A stretch of 63,617 nucleotides of DNA, counting the filler, from Octopus bimaculoides (Eukaryota): assembly GCF_001194135.2 (NCBI RefSeq). It is 9 parts of 7 records of this genome, joined end to end, with 100 filler letters (N's around TTAATTAATTAA, not from the genome) between each part and the next. Parts side by side here need not be neighbours in the genome. Positions count along the whole stretch, not along the records: positions 62,298 to 63,617 come from NW_026314148.1; 8 more parts are not named here. The stretch is one strand, 5' to 3'. Below the pieces are notes generated by a model that was not told the DNA's origin, made no database searches, and saw only the letters and a program-made list of their open reading frames with translations. Shown here piece after piece: positions 63,580 to 63,617 of the stretch. Every line of letters starts with the position of its first letter. Positions within the stretch are counted from its first letter, which is position 1. Made by a program: the position numbers and the translations under genes.

Positions 63580-63617
<38 letters not shown>

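Overview
63.6 kb of AT-rich, microsatellite-laden animal genomic DNA with roughly 7 kb of N gaps and eight artificial N44-TTAATTAATTAA-N44 contig joins. The repeat landscape looks like an octopus/cephalopod draft assembly (inference, not verified). No prokaryotic genes, rRNA, true tRNA genes or CRISPR arrays are visible, and almost all ORFs in the supplied track are microsatellite or gap read-through. Supportable content: (i) decayed mobile DNA: mariner remnants of two families, a maT/DD37D-like remnant, three Penelope-like remnants, an R4/Dong-like fragment, RTE 3' ends, a Helitron-like element, an element with inverted telomere-like repeats, and over 20 copies of three tRNA-headed SINE families; (ii) a host gene on + whose last two coding exons (29357-29747, 36707-36933) splice in frame and encode an alpha/beta domain I do not recognise, with weaker upstream exon candidates; (iii) a candidate antisense gene with exons at 11099-11206, 9174-9211 and 8748-8756. 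The most interesting signals are a near-canonical type I hammerhead ribozyme at 54354-54401 (-) in a Penelope 3' end, two decayed hammerhead-like motifs (33864-33932, 35251-35296), the orphan host protein, and a mariner apparently split into complementary halves in opposite orientations. All exon and family calls were made by eye, without database searches.
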